Shown: in pieces, positions 39,931 through 54,547 of the stretch
Numbering within the stretch: the stretch's first letter is position 1
Layout: each line of letters starts with the position of its first letter
Assembly: GCF_009914755.1 (NCBI RefSeq)
Contig: NC_060936.1
Direction: 5' to 3' (one strand)
DNA length: 64,000 nucleotides
Source: the human T2T-CHM13v2.0 reference genome, Homo sapiens
Position numbers and translations under genes: made by a program
Notes under the pieces: model-generated
The model's database searches: none
The model's input: the letters and a program-made list of their open reading frames with translations, nothing else
What the model was told of the DNA's origin: nothing

Positions 39931-40820
39931 TCTATTCTCTGTTTCTATAATTTTATCATTTCACTGTTTTATAAGTGGAATCATACAGTATGTAACCTTT
40001 TCAGATTGGCTTTTTTCACTCAGAATAATTCTCTATAGATTCATCCAAGTTGTTGCAGGTATCGATAGTTTCTTCCTTTTGATTGCCGAGTTTCTTCCTT
40101 TTGACTGATTGCTGAGTAGTACTCTATGATATGGATGTACTAGAGTTTGTTTAAACATTTACCCACGGAAGGAGATCTAAGTTGTTTTCTATTTTTTGCC
40201 ATTGTGGATAAAGCTGCTATAAACATTTATTAACAGGATTTATGTGAACATATGTTTTTATTTCTCTGGAATAAATGCTCAGAAGTGTAGTTTCTGGATA
40301 ATATAGTAATAACATGTTTAGTTTTAAAAGAAAATGCAAAAACTGTTCTCTAGAGTAGCTGCACCATTTTACACCAGCAATGTACAAATGATTGATTTTT
40401 CTCTGCCTCTTAGCCAGTGTTTGGTATTGTCACTGTTTGTTATTTTAGCCTTTCTAATTGGAGTGTAGTGATATCTCATTGTGCTTTAATTTACATTTCC
40501 TAATGGCTAAGATATTCAACATCTTTTCGTGTGCTTACTTGCCATCTGTATATCCATTTTGGTCTTGATGACTGTATCTATATAAGAAGTCTTGAGATCA
40601 GGTAGACTGATTCCTCTCACTTTATTATTTCACAAAAGAATAAAGCTGTTGTAGATATTCTAGTTCCTTTGTCTTTTCACATAACTTTTAGAATAATCAT
40701 GTCTTTATTTATAAAAATAATCTTTCTGGGATCTTGTTATAAATTGTGTTAAACCTATATATGAATTTTGAGAACTGACTTCTTAACTATGTTGAATCTT
40801 CCAATCCATGAACATGGTAT

Positions 40821-41280
40821 GGGTATCAGTTTCCTAGGACTGCTGTAACAAAGTACCATAAACTGAGTGGGTTAAAACAACAGAAATTTATTCTCTCACA
40901 ATTTTGGAGGGCAAAAGTCCCAAGTCAAAGTATTGGCAAGGCCGTGTCTCAGGATCCCTCTGAGACTTTAGGTAGAATCCTTCTTTGCCTCTTCCTACCT
41001 TCTGGTGATGGCCAGCAATTCTTGTCATTACTTAGATTGCAGTTGCATCACTCTAATCTCTGCCTCTGTTGTCACATGGTGCTCTCCCTGTGTGTCTCTG
41101 TTTCTCTTCTCCTCTTCTGATAAGGCCGAAAGTCATATTGGATTAAGGGACCACCCTTCCAGTATACCCTCATCTAAACTTGATTATATCTGCAAAGTTC
41201 CTATTTCCAAAGATCACATTCACAGGTCCTGGAGGTTAGGACTTTAGCATATCTTTGTGGGGAATACAGGCTGAACCACA
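40821..41280 (-). mobile_element. MLT1C-like solo LTR nested in L1
   Basis: 'gtatcagtttcctaggactgctgtaacaaagtaccataaactg'. Confidence 0.85.
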
Positions 41281-41342
41281 GTGGTATCTGTCTCCATTTC
41301 TTTTGATCTTTGTTTCCTTTCACCAGCATTTTGTAGTTTTCA

Positions 41343-41822
<480 letters not shown>

Positions 41823-44800
41823 TCACTAATTAGTTCTAAGAACTTTTTAAAAAATATATTCTTTGGGATTTTTGTATTTTCTTTGGGATTCTCTACATGG
41901 ATGATGTCATTTGCAAATAAGGACATTTTTATTTCTCCCTTTCCAATCTGCATGTCTTGTTTCCTTTTCTTGCCTTACTGTATTGGCCAGAACTTCCAGC
42001 ATTGTGTTGAATAAGAATGGTGAGAGTGGATGTCCTAGCTTGTTCCTAGCTGTAGAGGAAAACATTCAGTTTTTCATCACTAAGTATAATGTTAGCTGTA
42101 GTATTATTTTAGGTGCTTTTATCAAGTTGAGGAATTTCCTCATTTTTACTTTTCTGATTTCTTTTATCACGAATGGTTTTTGGATTTTGTCAAACAAGTT
42201 TTTTGTATCAATTAATATAACCATGTTATTTTTTATTCTTAGCTTGTTAATATGGTGAATTATGTTAATTGATTTTTCAGATATTGAACCAGTCTTTTAT
42301 CCCTGGAATAAACTCTACTTGTATATATTGCTGAACTCTATTTTCTAAATATTTTGTTAAGAATTTTCGCATCTATATTAATGAAGAATATTAGTCTGTA
42401 GTTTTCCTTTTTTGTACTCTGGCTTTAGTATCAGGGTAATGTTGGTATATATCATGAGTTGGAAAGTATACTCTTCTATTTTTTGGAAGAGATTGTGTAC
42501 AGTTGGTGTTAATTCTTCTTTAAACATTTGGTAGTATTCTCTGGTGACACCATCTGGAGATTTCTTTTTTTGGAGTAAGACAGTTTTAAAATTACGAATT
42601 CCGTTTCCTTAATGTTTACAGGGCTATGCAAATTATACATTTCATATTGGGTGAGTTGTGGAAGTTTGTGATTTTCAAGAAATTGGTTTATTTCATTTAA
42701 GCTATAAAATGTATATGTGTAGCATATCTCTTTATCCATTTGATGACTGCAGGGTCTGTAGTGATGTCCCATCCCATTCCTGACAATTGTAATCAGAGTT
42801 TTCTCTTTGTTGGTCTTGCTACAGGTTTGTCAATCTCATTTTTAATTTCTGTTTTATTTTTCCTGCCTTCCTGTGAGTTAAACATTTTTTGGAGTTTCAT
42901 CTTGACATAGCTAGAGTATTTTTGAGTGTATCTCTTTGTATAGCTTTTTAAATGGCTGCTGTAGGTAGTATATTATATATACATAACTTATTACAGTCTA
43001 CTGGTGTTGACATTTTACCAGTTTGAGTGAAGTTTTCCTTTATGTCCTTACCCTCCTCCTTTAATAATTGTCTTAAATATTTCCCGTACATATATATAGA
43101 ACCACATCAGAAAGTGTTACAATTTTTGCTTCAACTCTCAAGCATAATTTGGAAAATTAAGAGGAGAAGGTATATGTACTATTGTATCTACTAGTATTTG
43201 TACACTTTTTACTGTTTTCTGATTTTCCAAGATTCTTTATTACTTCTTTTCTGTTTAGAAAATACTTTTCAGTTATTCTTTCAGCGTAGGTGTACTTATG
43301 GCAAACAGTCTTAGTTTTCCTTCATCTGACAATGTCTTGATTTCTCTTTCAGTTTTGAAGAATATTTTCACTATGCATGGAATTCTGAATTGAAAACTTT
43401 TCTTTCAGCACTTGAAAAAATGCTGTGCCACTTTCTTCTGGCCTCCATGGTTTCTGATGAGAAATTTGTTGTCATTTGAATGGTTTCTCCCATAGGTAAA
43501 GTATTGTTTCTCTGTTGTTGCTTTCAAGATGCTTTTGTCTGTCTTCAGTTTTCAGAAGTTTGACATGACATATCCTAGCATGGATTTCTTTGAATTGACC
43601 TTCTTTGACGTTTTCTGAGATTCTTTAATCTGTAGGTTTATGTCTTTTGCCCAGTTTGGGAAGTTTTCAACCATTATTTCTTTAAGAATGTTTTCAGCTC
43701 TGTCCTCTTTCTCCTCTTCTCTCTTTCCAGGACACCGATGACACCAATGTTAGATTTTTTATTATAATCCCCAAGGGTCCTTGATACTCTGCTCAGGCCA
43801 TTTTCTCTCTGTTATCCAGACTGTGTAATTTCTATCATTCTATCTTCAAGTTCACAAATTCTTTCCTCTGCCCCATCCAACTTGTTATTGAGTCCATCCA
43901 CTGAATTTTTTATCTGGTTATTGTATTTTCTAATTGTATGTTCTAAATTTTCTAAATGCTTCTTCTTTTTATCTTCCAATTCTTTGCTGACACTTTCTGT
44001 TTCTTTTCAGGGACTTCTTATGTTTTCATTAGTCTCAAGAACGTTCATAATTGCTTATTGAAGTATTTTTATAATGAATGCTTTAAAAGTGTCATCAGAT
44101 AATTCTAAAATCCCAGTCATCTCAGCAATGGCTTCTATTGATTGTCTTTCTTTTTCTATTCAGCTTGAGATCTTTCTGCTTCTTGCTATGACAAGTAATT
44201 TTCAACTGAAGCCTGAACATGTGAGTATTATGTTGTGAGACTTTGGATGTTATTTAAACCTCTTGTTTTTGCTGGATTTCTGACATTGCTCTAGCAGAGA
44301 AAGGGGAGGTACTGCCTTGCTATTGCCAGGGATGGGTAGAAATTTAAGTTCTCCATTCAGCTTCTGTTAGTCCCTGAAGAGGGAAGGAGTTCCTCATTAT
44401 TGCTGGGCAGAGGTTGAAATCCAGCTCCCCCATAGACCTTTGCTGATACCACTCTTGCTGGGAGGGGTAAGAATGCCAAAAAGCAGGGAGCAGACTTGTT
44501 AATGATGGTGGTGTAAAAGCTCTGACTCTCCACTAGGTCTCCTTGAATCCTACCTCAGCAGGTGTGGGAGGGAGTGCTGCATTATTGCTGGGTGAGGGGG
44601 GTGTTCCTTCCCACCAGCAGGGATGACAGTCCCTACTCAGCCTTCTCTAACACCAGCCTGGCAGGAGGATTGGGATGCCAGGGTTCAGCTTGACAAGGAT
44701 GGGAGTCTAGACTCCCTACTTGATCTTTGCTGTTATGGGTAGGTAGGGCAACAGATTTTTCTGTGGTGTTTGGCTGGGGTAGGACGGTTATTGGGTAAAA

Positions 44801-44953
44801 GTTTTCTTGCTAAGCTGTCCCTTTCCTGGGCCTTTGACTAGATGGGGCAGGCTTTTGTTGGGGCTTATTTTGTTTTTACTCATTGACACATCCAGGTTGC
44901 CAGCTTCTTCAGTTCTAAGTCTGGGATACATGAAGCTAAAAGAAGTCTCAGGC

Positions 44954-45245
<292 letters not shown>

Positions 45246-45366
45246 GTCTTAGGGAACTCACCACTGTGTCATTGCTTGGGTCCCTAGCTGGTCTGCCTCC
45301 TTCTTGCCCTCTTTCAGAGTGGTCTTATGTTTATTTTATATACAATGTCCATTGTTTTTAGCTGTA

Positions 45367-45810
45367 CAGTTGACCCTTGAATAACACAGGTTTGCATTGC
45401 AATGGTCCACTTATATGTGAATTTTCTTCCACCTCTGCCACTTCTGAGGCAGTAAGACCAACCCCTCCTCTTCCTCCTTTTCCTCAGCCTACTCAACATG
45501 AAAACGACAAGGATGAAGACCTTTATGATGATTTGTGTCCACATAATGAATAGTAAATATATATTTTCTTCCTTATAATTTTCTTAATAACATTTTCTTT
45601 TCTTTAGCTTACTTTATTGTAAGAATATGGCATATAAGACATAGAACATACAAAATACATGTTAATAAACTCTGTGTTATTGGTAAGGCTTCTGATCAAC
45701 AGTGGGCTATTAGTAGTTAAGTTTTGGGGGCATCAACAGTTATATGTGGATTTTCAACTGTGGGGGTGGGGTTGGCATTTCTCACCCCCACATTTTTCAA
45801 GGGTCAACTG
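45367..45810. mobile_element. Tigger2a/MER28-like non-autonomous TcMar-Tigger element
   Basis: TIRs cagttgacccttgaa / ttcaagggtcaactg, preceded by TA, about 444 bp. Confidence 0.88.
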
Positions 45811-48319
45811 AACTTAGTGGGAGGAATATGGAAAAGTACAATTACTCCATCTTCCTGGAAGCAGAGTAACTAATATTGTTAGTTCATTTAATCTTGGCAG
45901 CAAACCTGCAAGTTAGGTGTTTATCTCTGGAGGGAGAAACTAGACTCTCTCCAGAGAGTCTCTGAGAAAGGGAAACTCAACTATGATTGTGTAGACAAAC
46001 AAATGGATACTGGCCCCATGGACAATTAACATTCCCAAGCTACAGAATTTTCCCTGGAATAACAGATCTCCCCAATTTGATCTCAGACCCTGTGTGGAAG
46101 AAATAAATGTGAGCCCCAGTAGAAGGCAGGGAACATCTGTCCACTTGGACATAGTCTTACTATTTTAGGCAAGGTTATGCTGTAGTTCATTCTAACCACC
46201 TGCCACGCAAGACCACCTTGAAGGTAACTCTGATCCAACATTAGTAGAAAGGCATCAGGAAGCCTTCGCACTCTATCTTAATTTATCTAATGGTAATTGC
46301 ATTTCCATAACAATGGACATATTAGTGTAAGGAATAATATGTCAGTGACGTGTGGAGTGAAGATTTATCATTTATGACTATGATATAGAAAGAAGCTCCC
46401 ACTTGGCCCAGGGGGCAGGTGAGGTTTTTCAAGAAAGTTGGAGGCCAATTATATTACACGAGGAAAAGAAAGTCAGGCATCTATCCACCCTCCCAAGCCT
46501 TGCTCTTTGAACTTGCTGGAAAATTTCAAGAAGTTTCCATAGATGCTCTGCAAAAAGATGGTCATCGTCTAACTTTAAAAAAAAAACCATATAGGCTTGT
46601 GCTTCTACATGGACATTTGTCAGCTTATCTGTCTCATCCTCTAGACTAGGCACTCCCTGAGACAGGGAGTATGTTATATGCATCAGCACCTAGCAATGAG
46701 CCAGTCACACAGTCACATGGTGGCCCCTCAGTAAATGTGTGCTGGATGAAAGAAAAAAGAAAGGAAGAAATGGAAAGAGGAAGGGTTGTATGGAAGAACA
46801 GGAGAGAGGAATAGAGGAGGAAGATCTATTTCCTCCCACTAGACTGTTACTTACTCATCTTGGAATCTGCAAAACTAAGCACAGAAACAAAAACATAGGA
46901 GGTAACTAATCAATGTTATATGAATGAATGAATGAACTAAGCAATTGAAAGGAAGAAAGGATAGAGGGAAAGAGGGAGAGAAGGAGAGAAAATTGTCTTT
47001 ATGGTGGAAGGACTTATCTCTACCTCTTTGAGGACAGACTCATTAATACGTATGGTACTCACTTATCCTGGCAGAATTGTTACAACAGGAGGGAAAATCT
47101 CTTCTGCAGGTTAAACCCACATCTGTGTCTGAACGGGACCAGCAGCTGGTGGTTGTGTTCCATCAGAAGGAAACTTATTAAACTCTACCAGTTCATGCAG
47201 GGAAAGGCTAATGGCATAATTCCTCTTTCTGAACATAGATAAGAGCTGGAAACATCCATCAGAGACCATCCAGTCCAACTACTTCATTCTGTAGGAGGGG
47301 ATGCTGAGACTGTAAGGTGAGAGGAATGGCCTCCTGGAGTCACACAGAGCATTAGTGGCACAGGTCCCAAGTCATGGCTCAGAAGCAGAAGCACGAGGTT
47401 GTGCCAAGTAATAAGAAATTCACATCTGACTCTGAAACTCAAATAGAAGCACGTTCATCACCCAGGTTTCCACTTCAGCCAGCTGAGCACTGATTTGGAC
47501 ATGGCGGTGATGGTCATTGTTCTCCCATGGACACTTTCTAAGGAAACTGTCCTCACCCTCCAACCCAACAGCCTTTGTTCAATGGACTGTCCTAAACAGA
47601 CACACTTGTCTTATGACCTCCATAGCCCACTCCCAACACAGGATCATAGGCCAGAGCATAATGGCAGCTGACCAGTGACCTATAATATGGGATGGAATGA
47701 TGAGATAGGCCATTAGGAAGAAGAGCAGAGAGCATTAGGAGCAAAGGCTGAGATAAGATGAGGTTCAAAGAGAACAGGGGAGCCACAACAGGCCAGAAAA
47801 CAAAGAAGCCAAAGGTCATAAGGAGTAGGAACTATATGGAGGCAGAAGCAATGATAGAGGAAAGAAAGACAAAAGTAGAAGATGAGGAAACCAGCCAACA
47901 GTAACAACACATCAGAGCAGACCCATAAAGAGTAGCTAAGTCAGGGTCATGATGGAAGACCAGAACAATGGCCTATGGGCTTGCTTTGGGTCCAAGGAGC
48001 TGGACTGAGCTAAAGACCATCCTCCACGTCTAGTTTCATGAGGCCCAGCGCCTAAATGATGATTTCCCTTTCTCTGAATTGCCCCCATGTCCATCCTTTA
48101 CAAAAGACAACTCATTTTGCTGAGCCAGCCTAGGCGGGTCTCTGTACCTTGCAACCAACCAACAAAAGCAAACCAGCATGCAGCCACTTCAAACAGCTTG
48201 AATACAGCAGGCAGAGATTCAGCCTCTGCCACTACTGCAGATGGTATTTTTGATGGCTTGATGTGGAAGTACAAGGGTTGTAGCTTGGTCCCATAAGGAA
48301 TTGGCAGATGCTACTGTTG

Positions 48320-48490
48320 CTGCTTCTCCTCCTTCCCCCTCCTCCATTCTCCTCATCCACCCCACTCTGTCTTCCTCTTCTTCCTCCTTCTTTCTCCTTC
48401 TCTTCCTCTTCCTCCTTCCTTTCCTCCTCCTTCCTTCTTCCTATTCCTCCTGCCTCTTCCTTCTCCTCTTTCTCTGTCTTCTTCATCATC
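48320..48490. repeat. CT-rich (CCT/CTT) low-complexity tract
   Basis: Direct inspection. Confidence 0.9.
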
Positions 48491-49453
48491 AAGCTACTTC
48501 CATGCCCTGAGTATTCAGAATTTGACTAAAATCCTTTATACATATCATACATCTAATCCTGTCTGCAACCCCAATGATAACTCCTATTATGTCTATTTTA
48601 CATAAAGGAAAACTAAGGCAGACAGATCTTCAGATAACTGGCCCACAGTAGTACAGCAAGTTAAAGAGCTGAGTTGCAAGCTCAGACTTCCTGTTTCCAA
48701 AATCTACACTCTAACCACTGTGCTGGGTGAAAAAGCAGGGCCTTTGTGAACCTGGATTGACTGAACTAGACAGGAGACAAGACAAAGAGCAGTGAAAAAA
48801 AAAATCTTCAGACCAAATTGGCTCAGAAATGTATTGCACTAACCACATCATTGCCTGACAAGAAGAATCTGTGTGAAGCCAGTGAGAAGGGAAAGAGGGG
48901 AAAAAATAACGCAGCCCTATGATAGATCTTGTCCACCTTCATGTCAAAGCTGCTTTCTTAATAGAGGTTAATTTATTTCCCTTATCAAATTCTCCTGCTG
49001 GCAGACAAGCAGAACAATGTCACAGTCACTGATCTATCTGACCTATGTTTCAGTCTCATCTGACACCAAGAGGCTCACTGTGCCTGTAAAGCCAGAGAGA
49101 AAGGTCTCAAGGTGGTTCTGAGCTCCTCGTCCCTCAAAATGTCACAAAGGAAAGAATGGGTTCTAAGGGATGCACAATTATTATACTTCTCAGAAGCCTC
49201 GCCATTTGAATTTGCTCAGCCCTCCCAGCAGTGGGGATCCCCTCTCCTAGAGACCTATATCTTTTGCCAATAACAAAGGAAAAGTGGACGTGGCCTGATG
49301 TTTTGATCAAAGGCCCCCAAATTTAAGCTGATAATAATAGCTAGAATCTCCTGGATATTAACTATGGGCCAGGAAGTACACTGAGTGCATTTAAATGTTG
49401 ATTATTGAATTCCATCCTCATAACAACTGTCTGAGGTTAGTGTTCTTATTGCC

Positions 49454-50204
49454 TGCCACGGGCTCTTTAAAACATGACTACAAATCCGTGGACGCTTCCC
49501 ACTAAGAGTTGAGGTCCGTGTTTCTTCCCGTTGAATCTGAGCAGGCTTGTGACTACTTCCATCAGTAAAGTGCAGCAGAAGTGACACTGTCAAAGTTCCA
49601 CCTGTTTGCTAATTCAGTTGCTCTTTGAGCCATGAGCTACCATGTAAGAAGCCTGACTACCCTGAGGCAGCCATATTGTGAGGACACCCAAGCATTACAG
49701 CAAGTCCATATACAGGTGCTCTAGTTGACATCTCTGCTGAACCCAGGCTTTGACTCAACCCAGCCCAGGCACCAGACATGGAGTGAAAGAGCCTCTAAAT
49801 CAGGGGTCAGAAAATCTTTTCTGTAAAGAATCTGACAGTAAATATTTTAGGCTTTGCAGGCCATGCAGTCTCTGTCATGACTACTCAACTCTGACATCAT
49901 AGCACAAAAGCAGCCACAGAAATATGGGTATGGCTGTGTTCCAATAAAATTTTATTTACAAAAGTAGGTTGTGGGCTGGATTTGGCCTGTGGGCCATAGT
50001 TTGTCAATCCCTGTTTTAGATGACTCCAGCCGTTATCTGTGTGAGTCTTCCCAGTTGATTCCCATTATGGAGCAGAGACAAACCATTCCCTCTGCTCTCT
50101 GTCCTAATTCCTGACCTACAGATTCTGTGAGTATAATAAAAGGATGATTGTCGTACGCCACTAAGTTTGGGTGGTTTGTTGTGCTGCAGTAGATAACTGG
50201 AACA
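49454..50204 (+). mobile_element. MLT1G/H-like LTR inserted in a MIR and itself interrupted by MER58A
   Basis: MLT1 5' and 3' motifs ('gccactaagtttgggtggtttgtt...agataactggaaca'); MIR halves on both sides. Confidence 0.75.
49801..50013 (-). mobile_element. MER58A
   Basis: TIRs caggggtc.../...atccctg; internal MER58A motifs. Confidence 0.88.
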
Positions 50205-50748
50205 GCCCCATTTTACCTACGGGAAAACTGAGGCTCAGAGAGATTAAGTTACTTGCTCAGTCTCACAGCTAATAAGCAAAGGAAGCCCTGGCTGGCTGCC
50301 AGGTTTGCCTGATTCCAGAAGCCAACTTCACTCAGCTGCTGAAATTATGCCACAAGGAGCCAGATGGTAAATGGCTTCGAGATAAAAATGGCGGGTGAGA
50401 TAGCTTAAGAGCAAAGGGACACACAAGCTTTGTGGGAAGACATGGAAGGAGAGGTCAGAGATAGAGGAGGGACCAAATTTTGCATGGGCTTTCAGGCTGC
50501 AGCAGAGTCTGATTTGTTTTCTAGATGCAGTCGAAAGCTATTGGACGGTTTTTAAGCAGGGCATGACATAATTCAAATTACATTCATTAAGTATCACTCT
50601 GGCTGCTGTGTGGGAAATGGGTTGGGAAGGGGGCAATCCTCTCTCTGTGTGTTGCCATTGAATAGTGACTCAGCTATCATGATGTTCCTCTAGGACCTGA
50701 ACACAGGTCAGTGCCCTCCCGATCCTTGGGCTGATGTGCTTTTTCCAC

Positions 50749-51219
50749 TGATATCGTTTGGATATTTGTCTCCTCCAAATCTCATGTTGAAATTTGAACC
50801 CAGTGTTGGAGGTGGGGCCTAGTGGGAGGTACTTGGGTCACAGGGGTGGATCCCTCAAGAAGAGTTTGATCCCTTTTTTTGCGGTAATGAGTGAGTTATC
50901 CCTCTATTAATTCCTGCTACAGCTGGTTGTTTAAAAGAGCCTGGCACCTCTCTTCCTTCCCCTCCTCTCCCCTTCCCTCCCCTCTCCTCTCTCTCTCTCT
51001 CCCTCTCTCATGCACGTTTCCTTCCTTCCTTTCACCGTGTGATGCGTGCTTCCCTTCACTTTCCAACATGAGTGGAAGCAGCCTGTGGCCTCCCCAGAAG
51101 CAGATGCTGGTGTCAGGCTTCTTGTACGGCCTGCAGAACTGAGAGCCAAATAAACATTTTTCTTTATAAATTATCCAGCCTCAGATATTCCTTCATAGCA
51201 ATGCAAATGGACTTAGACA
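50749..51219 (+). mobile_element. MSTB-like solo LTR
   Basis: 'tgatatcgtttggatatttgtc...caaatctcatgttgaaa'; TSD tccac/tctac. Confidence 0.88.
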
Positions 51220-51615
51220 TCTACCTTCGACATAATGCATGCAAGCTTTGAGATGCTTGGAAAATCACCTGCTGGTGTGTGCAACCTTTGCCTCCTACTG
51301 TGAGGCTGGGCATACCCCCGGGATAGATTTGGTACAGCCCCATCAGCAGACCAAATAAAGGATATGGAAATCAGGCCAGAAATTTCTAGGCCACAATTGA
51401 AAGAAAGATGCACAGAGGGGCCCACTGCTGACCACCTGTCTGAGGGTAGAAGCCAACCAAATTGCCTGTTGCTCAGAGCTCAGGGCCCCCAAAGAAAACC
51501 CACCCATCCAGCCCCTACCAGAAGCTCAGAAATAGACCCCTATTCCTTGGAGGTCTGATCTGACAGATGTGTCAGAAAGCCCAGAACCATCTGCAAAGTT
51601 GGTCCTGGAAGATGG

Positions 51616-51971
51616 TGTTATGGTTTGGCTGGGTCTCCACCCAAATCTCATCTTGAATTGTAGCTCCCACAATTCCCACATGTCATGGGAGGGGCCCAGT
51701 GGGAGGTAATTGAATCATGGGGGCTGGTCTTTCCTGTGCCATTCTCGTGATGGGGAATAAGCCTCACAAGATATGATGGTTTTATAAAGGGGAGTTTCCC
51801 TGCATAAGCTCTCTCTTGTCTGCCACCATATAAGATGTGCCTTTCGCCTTCTGCCATGATTGTGAGGCCTCCCTAGTCACATAGAACTGTGAGTCCATGA
51901 AACCTCTTTTTCTTTATGAATTACCCAATCTCAGGTATGTCTTTATCAGCAGCATGAAACAGACTAATACA
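51616..51971 (+). mobile_element. THE1 (B/C/D-like) solo LTR
   Basis: 'tggtttggctg...cccaaatctcatcttgaattgtagctccc' through 'gactaataca'; TSD gatgg. Confidence 0.92.
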
Positions 51972-52308
51972 GATGGCAAAACCTCTCAAAGAGCAAAGCA
52001 AGTGAGGTCTGGACCACTAAGGAAACTCCTTTTAAGTCTCTCCTCCCATCCGTTGTGCCTTCCTGGACACCCTCATCCATTCTCATTCCGACATGCCCTC
52101 TTTCTAAATAAGATTTCTGGCACACAAATCTCTCCACTGATCTCTGGACGTCCCTCAAGCTTTACTCAACACAAACATCACAGAATTAGGGGAGCCGAGA
52201 CGGGCTAGGAGGGAGCGCCATACTCCCAGATCAACCCTTCCTCCCTCCTACCCCTCACCCAGCAGTGCCAGCCCCACATGCCGAGACCCAGGGGAAGCCC
52301 AGCCTTAC

Positions 52309-52433
52309 CTTGTTGATTTTGTTGGTTTTGGGGAGCGTCTGACTGATGTGCAGGTCTGAATAGCGAGGTGGCTTCCGTAGAGGGTTGTTGATGTCACATG
52401 GAACGGACTCTGTCCGGACTAACCTTGCTGGAT
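52309..52433 (-). CDS. KSR2: KSR2 exon (~exon 9, 125 nt; 119 nt if the AG at 52429-52428 is used): (D)PARLVRTESVPCDINNPLRKPPRYSDLHISQTLPKTNKINK
   Basis: Donor AAG|GTAAGG; open frame with the 14-3-3-type motif RTESVP. The 5' boundary is ambiguous because the expected acceptor reads CGG (see findings). Confidence 0.9.
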
Positions 52434-54024
52434 CCGTAGGGGTAAAAACATTGATTTGGGAGTTTAAGTATCACTTTGTCTTTGGTTATGCCAGGACGGC
52501 ATAGCTCAGATCCCACCTCTTAGACCCACCCTCCAGACTGGAGGACAATTCACTAAAAGTGATAATGATTCTGTGGTGGGATCAGGGTATACTCTGTGGT
52601 TTGCAACATATTTCTATTGTCCATATATGACTTTTGACAATTAAGATGATAATAATAAAACTAAAGCTATCAGGTTTTTTTAAAAGTACCACAATTGTTT
52701 CTTATTGGCAGACTCAAAACTCATTTTAAATACACGAGGTTCCTGATTTCTCAGGGCCTGTGATGAGCGGACAAGCTCATCATGGTGCCCTGTCCCTAAC
52801 TTTCTAACCTCTGTGTTAGGATCATCTTTCATTCCTTTTGGGATTTCTCAGGCCTAAGCAGCCTGCCGCACATTGAAACACTTTGTCCTAAACAACTTTG
52901 GATCCCTGAAAGAAAGACAGCTGTTCTAGGAAGCTAGGCACATAGTAGATGCTAAATAAATGCTTCCTGATCCAAATCATATCGCCCAAGCCCCTCTCCC
53001 TTCTGTTACTTCTATTACTCACAGGGAACACAGCAAGGGGCAAAAATGAGAAGCTCAAAATCAAATTTGATGCCTGGTATTGTTACTTGTTAGCTGTTGT
53101 TGTTGTTGTTGTTGTTGTTGTTTTATTGCAGCGGTGAGGGGAGGGTGTTGGTTGAGAAGTTTAAGCTCCGGATTGACCCAGGGATTTCATTTCTCTGCTT
53201 AGCCTGAGCTGCCATCACCATGGAAACTGACTATATTTTCAACTTCCAACCAACGGAGAGAAAAAGCAAGAAGCTGGTGGATTTCTGCAAAGTTCAGTTC
53301 GCTCTGTATGTACAGACACCTGCCACCTTTGAACAAAAGGCGGCATGGCCTTGAGGGTGGGTGGGAGGGAGCCCTTCTTCAAATGTCAGCCTCTGAAAGC
53401 CATCACCTTCCAGCAGGCTGCTTCTGTCCATATGGGAATCAGCCTCTAGCAAAACCCTCTACGGAGGAGAATTTGGTGGGAGGCAATTTTTCCAATGAGG
53501 CTGACCCAAGGCAGGGTCTCAAGGGAGGTGAGAATTCAGGTTTTAAGATAGCCTCATTGAGTGTATACAGTTATTCAAGGAACAGATGGTTCTCAATTAA
53601 GGATGTGGGGTGGGAAGGGCAAGAGAAGGGAGCTGAAGACTTTGCCTTCACTTGCAATTTTCTCTGTTTTTGGAGATAAACAATGCAACGATCATCGAAA
53701 ACCAACTGCCCGTTGGCTTTGGGACACATCACAGTGCTTTCAGCAGCAGTCTGCCTCCTTCTTTAAGTTTCCCTTGGGTTCATTCTAAATTAGGGCAGAT
53801 TCCCAGGAATATGCACCGATCAAGGCCAGGGGAGACGGGGGTGGGCAAGTGAGAGGACAGGGAAGGAGGACTCAGTGTCAGATGAGCAAGTTGCTGTACC
53901 CTAAAGTTGCTCCCTGGTGATTTGAAGGCTCTGTCCACCCTATAGATGAGGGGCTTGCAGGGAGGCAGCCAGCATGACTTTAAAAGATTTTAATAAACTG
54001 CTTACATTTAAAAATAAGCATATG

Positions 54025-54325
<301 letters not shown>

Positions 54326-54547
54326 AAATAAGCATATGGCACATAAAATTCTCTATTTGGGCTTTTGTTGGAAATGTCAGAAATGCTGGCAATGTAGGTC
54401 CACATAGCTGGAGTGGCTGGCTACCCTCTCTAGATGGCACTTCGGTTTTCCAGTGTCCCACAGCCCGCTCTGGCCAACTTCTCTCATTTAGGACATCTAC
54501 TTGGCCCTCATAGGCATCTTAGTTTATGTCTGACTCCTGCTCTAGAG

